Origin: Deltaproteobacteria bacterium CG07_land_8_20_14_0_80_60_11
GTDB taxonomy: Bacteria > Desulfobacterota > Desulfobaccia > Desulfobaccales > 0-14-0-80-60-11
Direction of reading: 5' to 3'
DNA length: 29,585 nucleotides
Assembly (NCBI GenBank): GCA_002779455.1
Contig: PEWM01000102.1
Coordinates: 12,685-42,269 of the forward strand
In this document: piece by piece, positions 16,940 to 25,949 of the stretch
How positions within the stretch are numbered: the stretch's first letter is position 1
How the letters are laid out: each line of letters opens with the position of its first letter
Notes under the pieces: model-generated
The model's database searches: none
What the model was told of the DNA's origin: nothing
Seen by the model: the letters and a program-made list of their open reading frames with translations, nothing else
Made by a program: the position numbers and the translations under genes

Positions 16940-17142
16940 GCTTCCCTTTCTCCTGATTACCTGCTATAAATTAAGGTTAATAATGCTTTGGGTGGATAGA
17001 CCCGACGAATCTCCTGCACCTCACCAGTAAGCGGCTAGGTGAAGCCAAACGGGCCGGGAGGCCCTTTCTGGTAACTTCGGCGTATTACCTGAAGTTCATA
17101 CTAAGATTTTTCCCAAAATGCAAACCGCTGGACGTAAATGAT

Positions 17143-18420
17143 ATGGCGGCCCCCAGCGAACCGGCAGCAATGACCAGATCGGAAAAAATTATCTGGATCT
17201 TTTTTGCCGCCACCTGCTGTCAGTTGGCCTTCCAGTACCCCCCGTCCTGGTCGTTGGTTGCCGGGGAAAGAACCAACCTGTTTTCGGGCCTGTTGTGCTT
17301 TCTCACCTTGATGGTGGCGGTGATCTTCGGGAGGCGAGGCGCCATCAACCTCAGGTCGCCGGAATTCCTGATTTCCGCGGCCCTAATGGTTGTGGCCGGC
17401 ATCAGCGGCCTGTTCAGCCTCACGCCTTTATCCTCTTCCTTTCGGGTGTTCGTGTTGCTGGCCTCCGGGTTGGGGGGATTCTGGTGCGCCCGGATCCTGC
17501 TGCAAACTCCGGAAAACCAACGCCGGTTAACCGGGCTCTGCCTGTGGATATTGGGCGGACTGCTGGTCTTAAGCTTTCTGGGTTACTTCATCACCGGCTA
17601 TATCGAGCATTTTATCAGTGACCGCAGCCACCCCCTCACCAATGTGATTCTCCTGCTGTCCTTTGCGCCCCTGACCCTGTTGGGTCAAAAGTCGCGGCCC
17701 CTGATGGTGTTGGGCATCATCCTCCTGGGCCTCAGCTATATCACGCTGTGCCTGAGTGAACGGATATCCGTGGTGTTCATCCCCCTGGGGGTCTGCCTGG
17801 TGGGTGCCTGCTTTGGGACCCTGCGGTGGAAGCATTTTGTGCTCATCTGCCTGGTCATGGCCCTGGTGGTCGGTGCGTTTCACCAAAAAATCCTCTGGTT
17901 CAAGCTCTCCAAAACCTATCCGGCTTACCGGGTGGAAAGTTTCCCCTTTTCCTGGACTATTGTCAAAAAGTATCCCTGGCTGGGGATCGGCCTTCGGGCT
18001 CCCCGGGAAAAATTTGTGCAGGATTATCAGCCTACCTACCCCGCCGTCACGAAGGAGGAGTTTGCGCGCGTCACCCATGATATTGTCAGTGCCGACAACC
18101 AGTTCCTGACTTTGCTGGTGGGTCTGGGGGTGCCTTTCACCCTGACCTACCTGGCCGCCGTGGGGATTCTCCTGGCGAGGTTGGCGGGTTTGGCCTTTAA
18201 ACCCCCGCCCGGGCGCTTCTTGCATCCCCTGGTGCTCCTGTTTCCCCTGACCGTGGGGCTGGTGCATTTTCAATTCTTTGACGGACTACTCTTTCCCCAG
18301 AGTTGCTGGTTTTTTCACCTGCTCCTCGGCCTTATTCCTCCCAGGGGCGCGGGCCCGGCAACGGCGGAACTGCGCACCCAGGAAAATTTAAGTCGTGGTT
18401 CAATAACGCCGATAGGATAA
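17143..18420 (+). CDS. O-antigen ligase/Wzy_C-like polytopic membrane protein, 425 aa
   Basis: Multiple TMs; LSERIS, soluble loop with YR.ESF..SW...KKYPWLGIG and ADNQFL.LLVGLG, which lie at the positions of the WaaL-type PxxGxG and HNxYL motifs. Confidence 0.65.
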   Translation: MAAPSEPAAMTRSEKIIWIFFAATCCQLAFQYPPSWSLVAGERTNLFSGLLCFLTLMVAVIFGRRGAINLRSPEFLISAALMVVAGISGLFSLTPLSSSFRVFVLLASGLGGFWCARILLQTPENQRRLTGLCLWILGGLLVLSFLGYFITGYIEHFISDRSHPLTNVILLLSFAPLTLLGQKSRPLMVLGIILLGLSYITLCLSERISVVFIPLGVCLVGACFGTLRWKHFVLICLVMALVVGAFHQKILWFKLSKTYPAYRVESFPFSWTIVKKYPWLGIGLRAPREKFVQDYQPTYPAVTKEEFARVTHDIVSADNQFLTLLVGLGVPFTLTYLAAVGILLARLAGLAFKPPPGRFLHPLVLLFPLTVGLVHFQFFDGLLFPQSCWFFHLLLGLIPPRGAGPATAELRTQENLSRGSITPIG

Positions 18421-18443
18421 GCACCATTCGTCGACCATCAAAC

Positions 18444-19808
18444 ATGCAGCCGCGTGAGGCGCCGAATTGCGGGGAATCAAGACCGGTTCCCTCGCCGGTG
18501 CCTCCGCTCCTGGTGTTGCTGATGTTGCTGGCTTTGCCGGTAATAATCTTCTGGAGACCGGGTTTTTTTTATATTATCGATGATTGGACTGCCCTCATCC
18601 AAATGGCGGAGCGTCCTTTCGGACAATATCTCGTCACCCCGGATGGGGAGCAATGGTTCCCATTCTTTCTCTTGCTTTACTATGGTTTGGTGAAAATTGC
18701 CGGAGAACAATACTCTCTCCTGGTGCTAATCAATTGCCTGGGAACCGGCGTGAATGCTTTTCTGCTCTATAATTTTTTCCGGCGGCACTGGGCGCCTGGC
18801 CTGGCTCTAACCCTGAGTCTGCTCTATGTCATATCTGCGGCCCATCACGCCATTGCCTGGAATGCCTTTTATTTCGGCTATCTTTTGAGCCTGGGGTTTT
18901 TTCTGGGGGCGCTGCTCTTAACCGACCGGTATTTACACGCCCCCTCGGGCGGCAAACTCTGGGGCATTGGGGTGTGCGCCGTCTTGTCCCTACTCTCCCA
19001 CAATTACCCGCTGGTGGGGCTCCTGGCTTTACCCCTCTATATTTTCCTCATGGGGGACCGGGTCTCCTGGGGCGCCTTCTGGGCCGTTGCCGGGGTAGTC
19101 GGCCTGGTATATGTCCTGTTTGCCGCCGGCTATTTCCGGTTTGCCGGTCTGAATGCCGCCGCCAGCCGCAATCTGCAGGTATTTGCCAGTCTGCCCGGCC
19201 CCGCCTATCTCTTGCACCTCCTGTGCGGCGCCTGGTTATCCCCCTTCCTGTACCTGTTTTGGGGTCATTTCCACTTCCCCATCCCGGTTTACATCGCCGG
19301 GGTAGCCTTGTTGAGCTTTAGTGTGGCGGCAATCTGGCGCTGGGGCGAGAAGGCGGACAGGCGCCTGGCCCTTTGGGCTCTGTCGGTCAACCTCCTGCCT
19401 TTCTTCCTGGTCTCTCTGACCCGTTATCAGCGGTCGGTGAGTCAGGCTTTTGTGGCCCGTTACGACATCTTTACCTTAATCGGCGCCCTGCTTCTGGTGG
19501 GAATTGCCTGGCGCCTGCTGGCCGCCAGGATGCCGTCCCTTCGGTGGGCCAAGGCGCTGGGAGGGATTATTTTGGCCGCGATGGTGTGCGGGCAGCTCTT
19601 CAGCCTGCCGATCTGGACCGCCCAATACCTGGAGATGAGCCGGTTAGCCAGAAAGTGCTATATCGTGCTCAACCAAGGGACCTCTGCTTCCCAGTCCATC
19701 ACGGCGGAGGAATACCGCAAGTTTTGTCCTGATGCCTATCCCACCATCACCCCCGCCCAGGCCCGGGCCATACGGCGCCTGCTGGGCGGGGTCCCGGGGC
19801 AGTCATGA
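18444..19808 (+). CDS. Polytopic membrane protein, putative GT-C-fold glycosyltransferase, ~454 aa
   Basis: First TM followed by the acidic motif FYIIDDW, GEQWFPF, then ~10 further TMs. Start moved to ATG 18444, since 18303 overlaps the upstream gene. Confidence 0.55.
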   Translation: MQPREAPNCGESRPVPSPVPPLLVLLMLLALPVIIFWRPGFFYIIDDWTALIQMAERPFGQYLVTPDGEQWFPFFLLLYYGLVKIAGEQYSLLVLINCLGTGVNAFLLYNFFRRHWAPGLALTLSLLYVISAAHHAIAWNAFYFGYLLSLGFFLGALLLTDRYLHAPSGGKLWGIGVCAVLSLLSHNYPLVGLLALPLYIFLMGDRVSWGAFWAVAGVVGLVYVLFAAGYFRFAGLNAAASRNLQVFASLPGPAYLLHLLCGAWLSPFLYLFWGHFHFPIPVYIAGVALLSFSVAAIWRWGEKADRRLALWALSVNLLPFFLVSLTRYQRSVSQAFVARYDIFTLIGALLLVGIAWRLLAARMPSLRWAKALGGIILAAMVCGQLFSLPIWTAQYLEMSRLARKCYIVLNQGTSASQSITAEEYRKFCPDAYPTITPAQARAIRRLLGGVPGQS

Positions 19809-20249
19809 ATTTTTCCAGGTGCGAAGATTATCCCGGTCAGGGGGTTGGGGGGATGACGCCGGGAAACCGTATCGGGAACCCGGCTCCTTGGGCTTAACGT
19901 CAAGGCCGTGGCTTCGGTCTAATCTTCAAAAGCCGAAAACTCCGGCCTTCGCCGCCGGGCGGGACTCGTTCCCTGGCGCTGAGCCCGGGGGAGACAGGCG
20001 CGAGGACAGGTTGACCGGCAACTTAGGGCTCGAATTCCACCTTCCGCCAGGCGTGAGCCGGCGCTTAAGCCTGGCGGCAGATTTTTCCGGAGCACGGGGA
20101 TATAAAAAAATTTGGTGGAATGCTGAATATTTACCGATATATCAGGAAGGAGGAGTTTTTTTTTGAAAAACTGGGTTCAGTTGTGGTAATATACATCAAT
20201 GTCAAGGGATGGGATGGGGGAGTTTCTCTATTTATTCATACAAATCTCA

Positions 20250-20278
20250 TTGACATTTTCTCAAGATAGAAATAAAAA
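20250..20278 (+). promoter_or_regulatory. Putative sigma70 promoter of the spt-like operon
   Basis: TTGACA (20250-20255), 17 nt, TAAAAA. A second candidate TTGAAA-N18-TAATAT with extended TG lies at 20163-20192. Confidence 0.5.
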
Positions 20279-20319
20279 GGTGTAAACCTACTCTGAGGGG
20301 GAGGGGGTAGAATCCTTTC

Positions 20320-21618
20320 ATGAAACTTAGAAACCGCTGCCAACCTTTTGCTCTTATGGTCCAAGACGCCAGGGAACAAGGGTTTTACCCGTACTTCCGG
20401 CCCATAGATCGATCGTGGGGCACAGAAGTGGAGGTGTCGGGCCGGCGTCTGATTATGATTGGGTCCAACGACTACCTGGGATTTACTCACGATCCCAGAG
20501 TAATTGAGGCAACGGGCAAGGCTGCACGTCGGTGGGGTAGTGGACCCGGGGGATCCCGATTTTTGTGCGGCAACTTGACCTTGCATGAAACCCTGGAGGG
20601 TCGACTGGCCGCCTTTGTCGGCAAGAAAAAGGCGGTGGTCCATGCCACCGGGTTCACCACGAATCTGGGGGCCATTGCCTGTTTGCTGACCCCCCAGGAC
20701 ATCATCGTCTGTGACCGGGAAGGCCATGCCAGCATCTTTGAGGGGTGTCAGGCCTCACGCGCCCGGCTGATCCCGTTTGCTCACAACGATGCGGCCGCGG
20801 CGGCCCGCAAGTTGGCGGCCGCCCGCCAAAAAAACACCAACGGCTGCCTGTTCCTGGTCACCGAAGGCGTGTTCAGCATGTCCGGGGATCTGGCGCCCCT
20901 GGACGAACTGGTAGCGCTGAAGAAAAGTCATCCGGACCTGCTCGTCTATCTGGATGACGCCCATGGGTTGGGAGTGATGGGCCGCGGGGGACGGGGAACG
21001 GCCGATCATTTCGGACTCACGTCGGAAGTGGACTTTATTATGGGCACCTTCAGCAAGGCCCTGGCTTCCATCGGTGGATTCATCGCCGCCGATGATGAGG
21101 CGGTGCTGGAATATCTGCGGCACCATTCCAAACCGCTCATCTTCTCTGCGGCCCTGCCCGCCAGCAATACCGCCACCGTGTTGAAGTGCTTGGATATCCT
21201 GGATGAGGACCCAGACCGGGTTACCCGCCTCTGGGACATCACCCGCCATGTCCATGCCGGATACCGGGAGATCGGGCTCATCACCAAAAACTCCAAATCC
21301 CCCATCATCCCCATCTACATCGGGGCGGAAGAGAAAGCGGCTCTTTTTGCGCGTGACATGTTTGACCACGGCGTTTTTGCTTTGCCCGCCATCTATCCGG
21401 CAGTCCCTCGGGGGCAAGCGGTAATCCGCACCGCTTACATGAGCACCCACAAGGAGAGCCAGATCAGTTACGTCTTGGAAATTCTGGAAAAATTGGCCAA
21501 AAAACATCGTATCCGGGCTTGTGACTTCACGCAGCCGGACTCTTTCCTAGAGGAGAGCGGGTTTACCACGACCTATCCCGGTGCCAATGGCACTGCCGTC
21601 AACATGCTGGGCGACTGA
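20320..21618 (+). CDS. spt: PLP-dependent alpha-oxoamine synthase, serine palmitoyltransferase-like, 432 aa
   Basis: YPYFRPI..GTEV, GSNDYLG, GSRFLCG, HASI, EGVFSM.GD, DDAHG, MGTFSKALASIGG (PLP Lys at 21055-21057), IFSAALP. N-terminal YPYFRPI and GTFSK resemble Bacteroidetes-type SPT; a bCerS-like gene is in the same operon. BioF/Kbl not formally excluded. Confidence 0.7.
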   Translation: MKLRNRCQPFALMVQDAREQGFYPYFRPIDRSWGTEVEVSGRRLIMIGSNDYLGFTHDPRVIEATGKAARRWGSGPGGSRFLCGNLTLHETLEGRLAAFVGKKKAVVHATGFTTNLGAIACLLTPQDIIVCDREGHASIFEGCQASRARLIPFAHNDAAAAARKLAAARQKNTNGCLFLVTEGVFSMSGDLAPLDELVALKKSHPDLLVYLDDAHGLGVMGRGGRGTADHFGLTSEVDFIMGTFSKALASIGGFIAADDEAVLEYLRHHSKPLIFSAALPASNTATVLKCLDILDEDPDRVTRLWDITRHVHAGYREIGLITKNSKSPIIPIYIGAEEKAALFARDMFDHGVFALPAIYPAVPRGQAVIRTAYMSTHKESQISYVLEILEKLAKKHRIRACDFTQPDSFLEESGFTTTYPGANGTAVNMLGD

Positions 21619-21644
21619 TTGGGGATCACGGGGGAAAGCGCCTA

Positions 21645-22820
21645 ATGAGGCTTAACGACCTCATGCGGGTAAGTTTGCGTCAGGTGATGCGTCATCGCCG
21701 CCGCTATACGGGGGTGGTGTTGGCTATTGCTTTGGGCGTGGCCGGGTTCCTGAATATTGTCACCATGAGCCGGGAGGTCAAGAAAAACTTCAACGAGAAT
21801 CTTGACCTGATCGGCGGGGTTACCATCTTAAGGATCTATTTCGACAATCAGCGGTCTTACCGGCCCCAATGGTTCCGGGAGCAAACCCTCGCCGCCCTCA
21901 AGCGCCTCGACGGCGTCAAAGAATTAAGCCTCACCGCCGTAAAATATAGCCAAACCAATTTCCAAGGCCGGCACTTCGCCTTCACCACCATGGCGGTGGA
22001 TGAAGGTTTCTGGCAGGTCCGCAATTTTTGGCCCCTCACCGGGAAACTGTTCGGTCTTGACGCCGTCACCGGTCACAAACGGGAAGTCGTGCTTGGAGCC
22101 GAACTGGCCAAAAAGATTTTCGGCGATACCCATGTCAGAGGAAAAGACCTGGAGATCAACCAGGAGATTTATCTGGTGTCTGGGGTGTTGGGGGGGGTTA
22201 CCGATAGCGGGTTGGCGAACTCCGTGTTCCTGCCCCTTACCACCGCCGAGGACCGTTTCCCGGGCAGACTGCTGGCCGACCGTCTCTATCTGCGCTGCGC
22301 CACCTGGGATGATGTCACCGCCGTGGCGGCGGCAATTCCCGGGATCGTCAAATCTTGCCAATCGCCCGAGGAACTTCATGTCGAAGGCTCCTGGGAAGCC
22401 TTAAAACGGGTACAGCTGCTGGCTTGGTGGATCGAGTTTCTGATTTACCTGGCCACCAGCGCCACCTTTCTCTTGGGGGGTGTCGGCATCTGGAATGTGA
22501 TGATGGCCGCAGTCACCTCCCGAACCCGGGAAATCGGGTTGAAAAAGGCCATGGGCGCTGAAGATCGAGATATCTTGGCGCAATTTCTCTCCGAGGCTCT
22601 CTGTCTGAGCGTGGGCGCGGCCCTCTTGGGGGCCGGGCTGGGCCGCATCATGATGGAGTTTTTGAGTTACATCATCGAAAGCCGCCCGCCGGAAAATCTC
22701 TTTTTCTTCGGGGTAACCCTGGCCTTCCTGTTCGCAGTGGTGATTGGCGTGGGGGCTGGCCTCTATCCTTCAATCCGGGCCAGTCGCATGGAAGTTGTAA
22801 CCGCCATCCGCTATGAATAA
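21645..22820 (+). CDS. ABC transporter permease, MacB/FtsX family, 391 aa
   Basis: TM1, a large periplasmic domain, then GGVGIWNVM...V..RTREIGLKKAMGA...IL.QFL.EA and ASRMEVVTAIRYE. Confidence 0.92.
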   Translation: MRLNDLMRVSLRQVMRHRRRYTGVVLAIALGVAGFLNIVTMSREVKKNFNENLDLIGGVTILRIYFDNQRSYRPQWFREQTLAALKRLDGVKELSLTAVKYSQTNFQGRHFAFTTMAVDEGFWQVRNFWPLTGKLFGLDAVTGHKREVVLGAELAKKIFGDTHVRGKDLEINQEIYLVSGVLGGVTDSGLANSVFLPLTTAEDRFPGRLLADRLYLRCATWDDVTAVAAAIPGIVKSCQSPEELHVEGSWEALKRVQLLAWWIEFLIYLATSATFLLGGVGIWNVMMAAVTSRTREIGLKKAMGAEDRDILAQFLSEALCLSVGAALLGAGLGRIMMEFLSYIIESRPPENLFFFGVTLAFLFAVVIGVGAGLYPSIRASRMEVVTAIRYE

Positions 22821-23520
22821 GTTGGCTTCTTCCTGCCAGGTCAACGGCGCCTTGATTCGGGTGACCGACCTGTGCAAGACCTATGACAATGGCATCGATC
22901 TGATTCACGTGCTCCACGATGTCAATCTGAAGGTTTACCCCGGAGAGATCGTGGCGATCATGGGTCCTTCCGGGTCCGGGAAGTCCACCCTGCTCTTCAT
23001 CCTGGGAATCTTTCTCCATCCCACCAGCGGCTCATATTTTCTGGGCGGTCAAGATGTCCTCGGCCTGGATCGCAACGCCCAGGCGGAATTTCGCCGCCGG
23101 CGGGTGGGATTTGTCTTTCAGAGCTGTGATCTGTTGGAAAACTCCACCGTTTATGAAAACCTGGAATTCCCGTTAATCTATGCCGGAGTTGACCGGCAAG
23201 ACCGACCGGAGCGTATTGCCGCCGCCCTGGAACGCGTGAACCTGGGACACCGGATTCATCACTCTTCCAATCGCCTTTCCGGAGGTGAGCGCCAACGGGT
23301 GGCAGTGGCCCGGGCCCTGGTCAACCAACCCCAGGTCATCCTGGCGGACGAACCCACCGGCCAGCTCGACCGGACCCATGGTCACTCCATCCTGGACCAT
23401 TTTGCGGAAATCGTCAGTGACGGTAAAACTGCCATCATAGTAGTCACGCATGATCCCGAAATTGCCGCCGAATGTACCCGGGTCAGTTTGATACGAGATG
23501 GCGTCCTGTATGAACAATGA
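22813..23520 (+). CDS. ABC transporter ATP-binding protein (MacB/LolD type), 235 aa
   Basis: Walker A GPSGSGKST, GFVFQ, LSGGERQRVAVARAL, Walker B ILADEPTG, VTHD. Confidence 0.95.
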   Translation: MNKLASSCQVNGALIRVTDLCKTYDNGIDLIHVLHDVNLKVYPGEIVAIMGPSGSGKSTLLFILGIFLHPTSGSYFLGGQDVLGLDRNAQAEFRRRRVGFVFQSCDLLENSTVYENLEFPLIYAGVDRQDRPERIAAALERVNLGHRIHHSSNRLSGGERQRVAVARALVNQPQVILADEPTGQLDRTHGHSILDHFAEIVSDGKTAIIVVTHDPEIAAECTRVSLIRDGVLYEQ

Positions 23521-24998
23521 GCCAACTGCCCAGGGAACCGCAAGCGCGCCTGGCCATCATAACCAGGTTCGCTGGTCGCTCGGCGAACGCTATGGTTGAC
23601 CCTACCGGAACCGCACGGGGTCCCCGGCATACCTGGTCTGGTTACGCCCCCTGGATCGCCGCCACGCAGGCCTGCCTGATCATCGCCATGCTGGTGATGG
23701 CGGGCGGGGTAATGTGCTGGTGCCGGCCGGCCCAGGGCGCCGACCAGGGCCCGGTGGCCCAGACTTCGGCCCCGACCCCGGGCAGCCCGCTGACCTTTGA
23801 TCAAGCCGTCAAAATCGCCATAACCCAATCCCCTCATTTCGTCAGAAGCTCCCTGGACATCGACATTGGGCGGATGGACGAAGCCGACAGCCGGTATGCA
23901 CTGGTTCCCCCCTTGACCTTCAGCACCTATTATTATGTCAACCGCCCTCCGGGGGCAGGGTACGGCCAGCCTTACAGTTTAAGTTTTACCACGGCGCCGT
24001 ATAACCCCTTGGGGGCGTACTTTACCCTCCAGGCCCAGAAATTGCTCACGCAAGTAGCTATTCTGACCCATCTCAAATCGATTTCCAAGGGGCTGGAAGG
24101 CTTGGGGGGTATCTACCTGGAACTGGACTGCTTGCACAAGCTGGCCGCCTGTCAGAAAGACCTGATTCAGGTGGCCCGGGAAAACCTCACCTATTTGGAA
24201 AACCGCATGAATATCGGCACGGCCACCTCCCTGGACGTCAAGATGGCCCGGCAGCAATTGGAACTGGCCCTGGGAGAGCAAGAGGGAATCGCCTTGTCCC
24301 TGAAGAGGTCTTTAAACAGCCTGAAAAATTTCCTGGGGCTGCGATCCACGCAGGATTTCACCCCTAACTTCCGGGACAGCCGGCGTCAAGTGCTGGGCAG
24401 TTTCGATCCGGCCACCATCACCCTGGAGCAAGCCAAGAACCGCTCTTACGAACTCAAGGCGCTCGAAATCCATAAACAGCTCCAGACCTATAATATCCGC
24501 CTGGCCATTGCCAAGGTTTTCCCCACGATTTTATTCAGCACCCAGACGCCCAACCCCTTGAGTGTCAACACCGGCTATGGCCTTTATGTCGGCTTCGGTC
24601 TCGAGATCCCGGTGTGGGATGGATTCAAACGGGTCCGCGACGTCTCCCGGCAAAAAGCCGTCTTGAAGCAGATTGGGGCCAAAAAAGCGGAAAAAGAGAG
24701 TAGTTTGGAAGATAAGTGGTTCGAACTTTTGGGAGGGGTACAAGAAAAAAGCCTGGCCCTGAAAAATGCCCAGGCCCTCGAAAACTTGGCCCGGCTCAAG
24801 GCCCACCAGAGCGATGTCCGCTACCAATCCGGGGGAGCGCCCCTCACGATCGTTCTGGATAGTCGTAAGGAGGTTCTGGCCGCCCAAAAGGAGATGCTGG
24901 TCCGAGGCCTGGCGAATGACAAGGCAATTCTGAAGCTTCGGGAAAATTCTGGAGACTTAGGTTATTCATATGTGGATGCGAACTCTTGGCAGAAGTAA
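23517..24998 (+). CDS. TolC-family outer membrane efflux protein, up to 493 aa
   Basis: Signal-like hydrophobic segment, LTFDQAVKIA, repeated helical halves (G.ATSLDV..A; Y..G....L.VL.S), A...RSYEL, EIPVWDG. Position between ABC and MFP genes. True start may be downstream. Confidence 0.75.
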   Translation: MSQLPREPQARLAIITRFAGRSANAMVDPTGTARGPRHTWSGYAPWIAATQACLIIAMLVMAGGVMCWCRPAQGADQGPVAQTSAPTPGSPLTFDQAVKIAITQSPHFVRSSLDIDIGRMDEADSRYALVPPLTFSTYYYVNRPPGAGYGQPYSLSFTTAPYNPLGAYFTLQAQKLLTQVAILTHLKSISKGLEGLGGIYLELDCLHKLAACQKDLIQVARENLTYLENRMNIGTATSLDVKMARQQLELALGEQEGIALSLKRSLNSLKNFLGLRSTQDFTPNFRDSRRQVLGSFDPATITLEQAKNRSYELKALEIHKQLQTYNIRLAIAKVFPTILFSTQTPNPLSVNTGYGLYVGFGLEIPVWDGFKRVRDVSRQKAVLKQIGAKKAEKESSLEDKWFELLGGVQEKSLALKNAQALENLARLKAHQSDVRYQSGGAPLTIVLDSRKEVLAAQKEMLVRGLANDKAILKLRENSGDLGYSYVDANSWQK

Positions 24999-25938
24999 GT
25001 GGGCGGCCTTAGGGGGCTGGATGTTGGCCATCTACCTGGGATTATGCATTCCGGGAGCGGGATTCGCCGGAGAGGCGCCGGTTACTCAGGCCACCACTCC
25101 TCCTTCAAACGGGGAGTCGGAAATAATCTTTAACGGTAAAATATTCTGTTCCCTGAAACGGCGAATCGATTTGCCCTTTAAAGGAATTATTACTTCCCTG
25201 CGGGCCCACTCCGGACAGCGGGTCGAAGCAGGAAAGATCCTGGCGACTTATCGCCTGGCTCCGGAATCGCTGATGGCGATCCAACAGCGTCTCTCGCCGC
25301 CGCAACTGGCCGAAATGGAGACGAAACTGGCGGAAGTGCAGCGGAATATGGTGCCCCTGACGAACAAACAACGGGAACTCACCCAGTTGGTCCAGAAAAA
25401 ATTAGCGCCATCCCAAAGCCTGGCCCAGACCAACGAAGAATTGCAGTTCCTGGGAAGGGAGGAGGCGACCCTCCAGGAGAGGCTGAAAAAGGACCGCCGA
25501 CTGGTCCAGCAAGACCAGGAGGTCTTGAGTAACTTGTTGGGCACTTCCGTGAAATCCGGCCTGATTCCCCGGGAAGTGAGCCTGAAGGCTCCCATCAGCG
25601 GCTACGTCATCTGGGTCAACCCCGAGATGCGGGAAAGTGCCGAACTGTCACCCCTGCCGGCCGCCTTTCAAGTGGGGGTGATGGACCCCATGCTTCTGCG
25701 GGCCCAGGCCTTTGAAATCGAGGCCCTTCAGGTCAAAATCGGCCAACCGGCCGAGGTGACCCTGGACGCCCTGCCGGGGCGAAAATTCCAGGCCAAGGTC
25801 AGCCGCATTTCCTGGTCCTCAATCGCCAGTGGCCCGGACACGCCTGCCTACTATGAAGTCGAGTTAACCGTCCCCAACCCCGATCTGGACTTGAAAGAAG
25901 GCTTGAAGGCTCGCATCGTTCTGCGCAAATCCGAGTAA
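24970..25938 (+). CDS. Membrane fusion protein / periplasmic adaptor (HlyD/MacA family), 322 aa
   Basis: Signal segment, KGIITSL..HSGQRVEAG.IL (barrel-sandwich), long helical hairpin, LKAPISG, G+VSRIS, NPDLDLKEGLKAR. Confidence 0.88.
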   Translation: MWMRTLGRSKWAALGGWMLAIYLGLCIPGAGFAGEAPVTQATTPPSNGESEIIFNGKIFCSLKRRIDLPFKGIITSLRAHSGQRVEAGKILATYRLAPESLMAIQQRLSPPQLAEMETKLAEVQRNMVPLTNKQRELTQLVQKKLAPSQSLAQTNEELQFLGREEATLQERLKKDRRLVQQDQEVLSNLLGTSVKSGLIPREVSLKAPISGYVIWVNPEMRESAELSPLPAAFQVGVMDPMLLRAQAFEIEALQVKIGQPAEVTLDALPGRKFQAKVSRISWSSIASGPDTPAYYEVELTVPNPDLDLKEGLKARIVLRKSE

Positions 25939-25949
25939 GAGGTCCATTG

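Noticed and set aside
18303-18443. Earlier start for the GT-C-like gene
   Set aside because: Overlaps the WaaL-like gene by more than 100 nt; ATG 18444 fits better.
19860-19950. c-di-GMP-I-like riboswitch (GGGAAACC...AAAGCC...TCCGGCCT)
   Set aside because: Fragments resemble the motif, but GCAAA/GNRA/tetraloop-receptor spacing and pairing do not fit; an Infernal scan would be needed.
20320-21618. BioF (biotin synthesis) assignment
   Set aside because: No bio genes nearby; SPT-like N-terminus and bCerS-like operon partner favour SPT. Not excluded without a tree.
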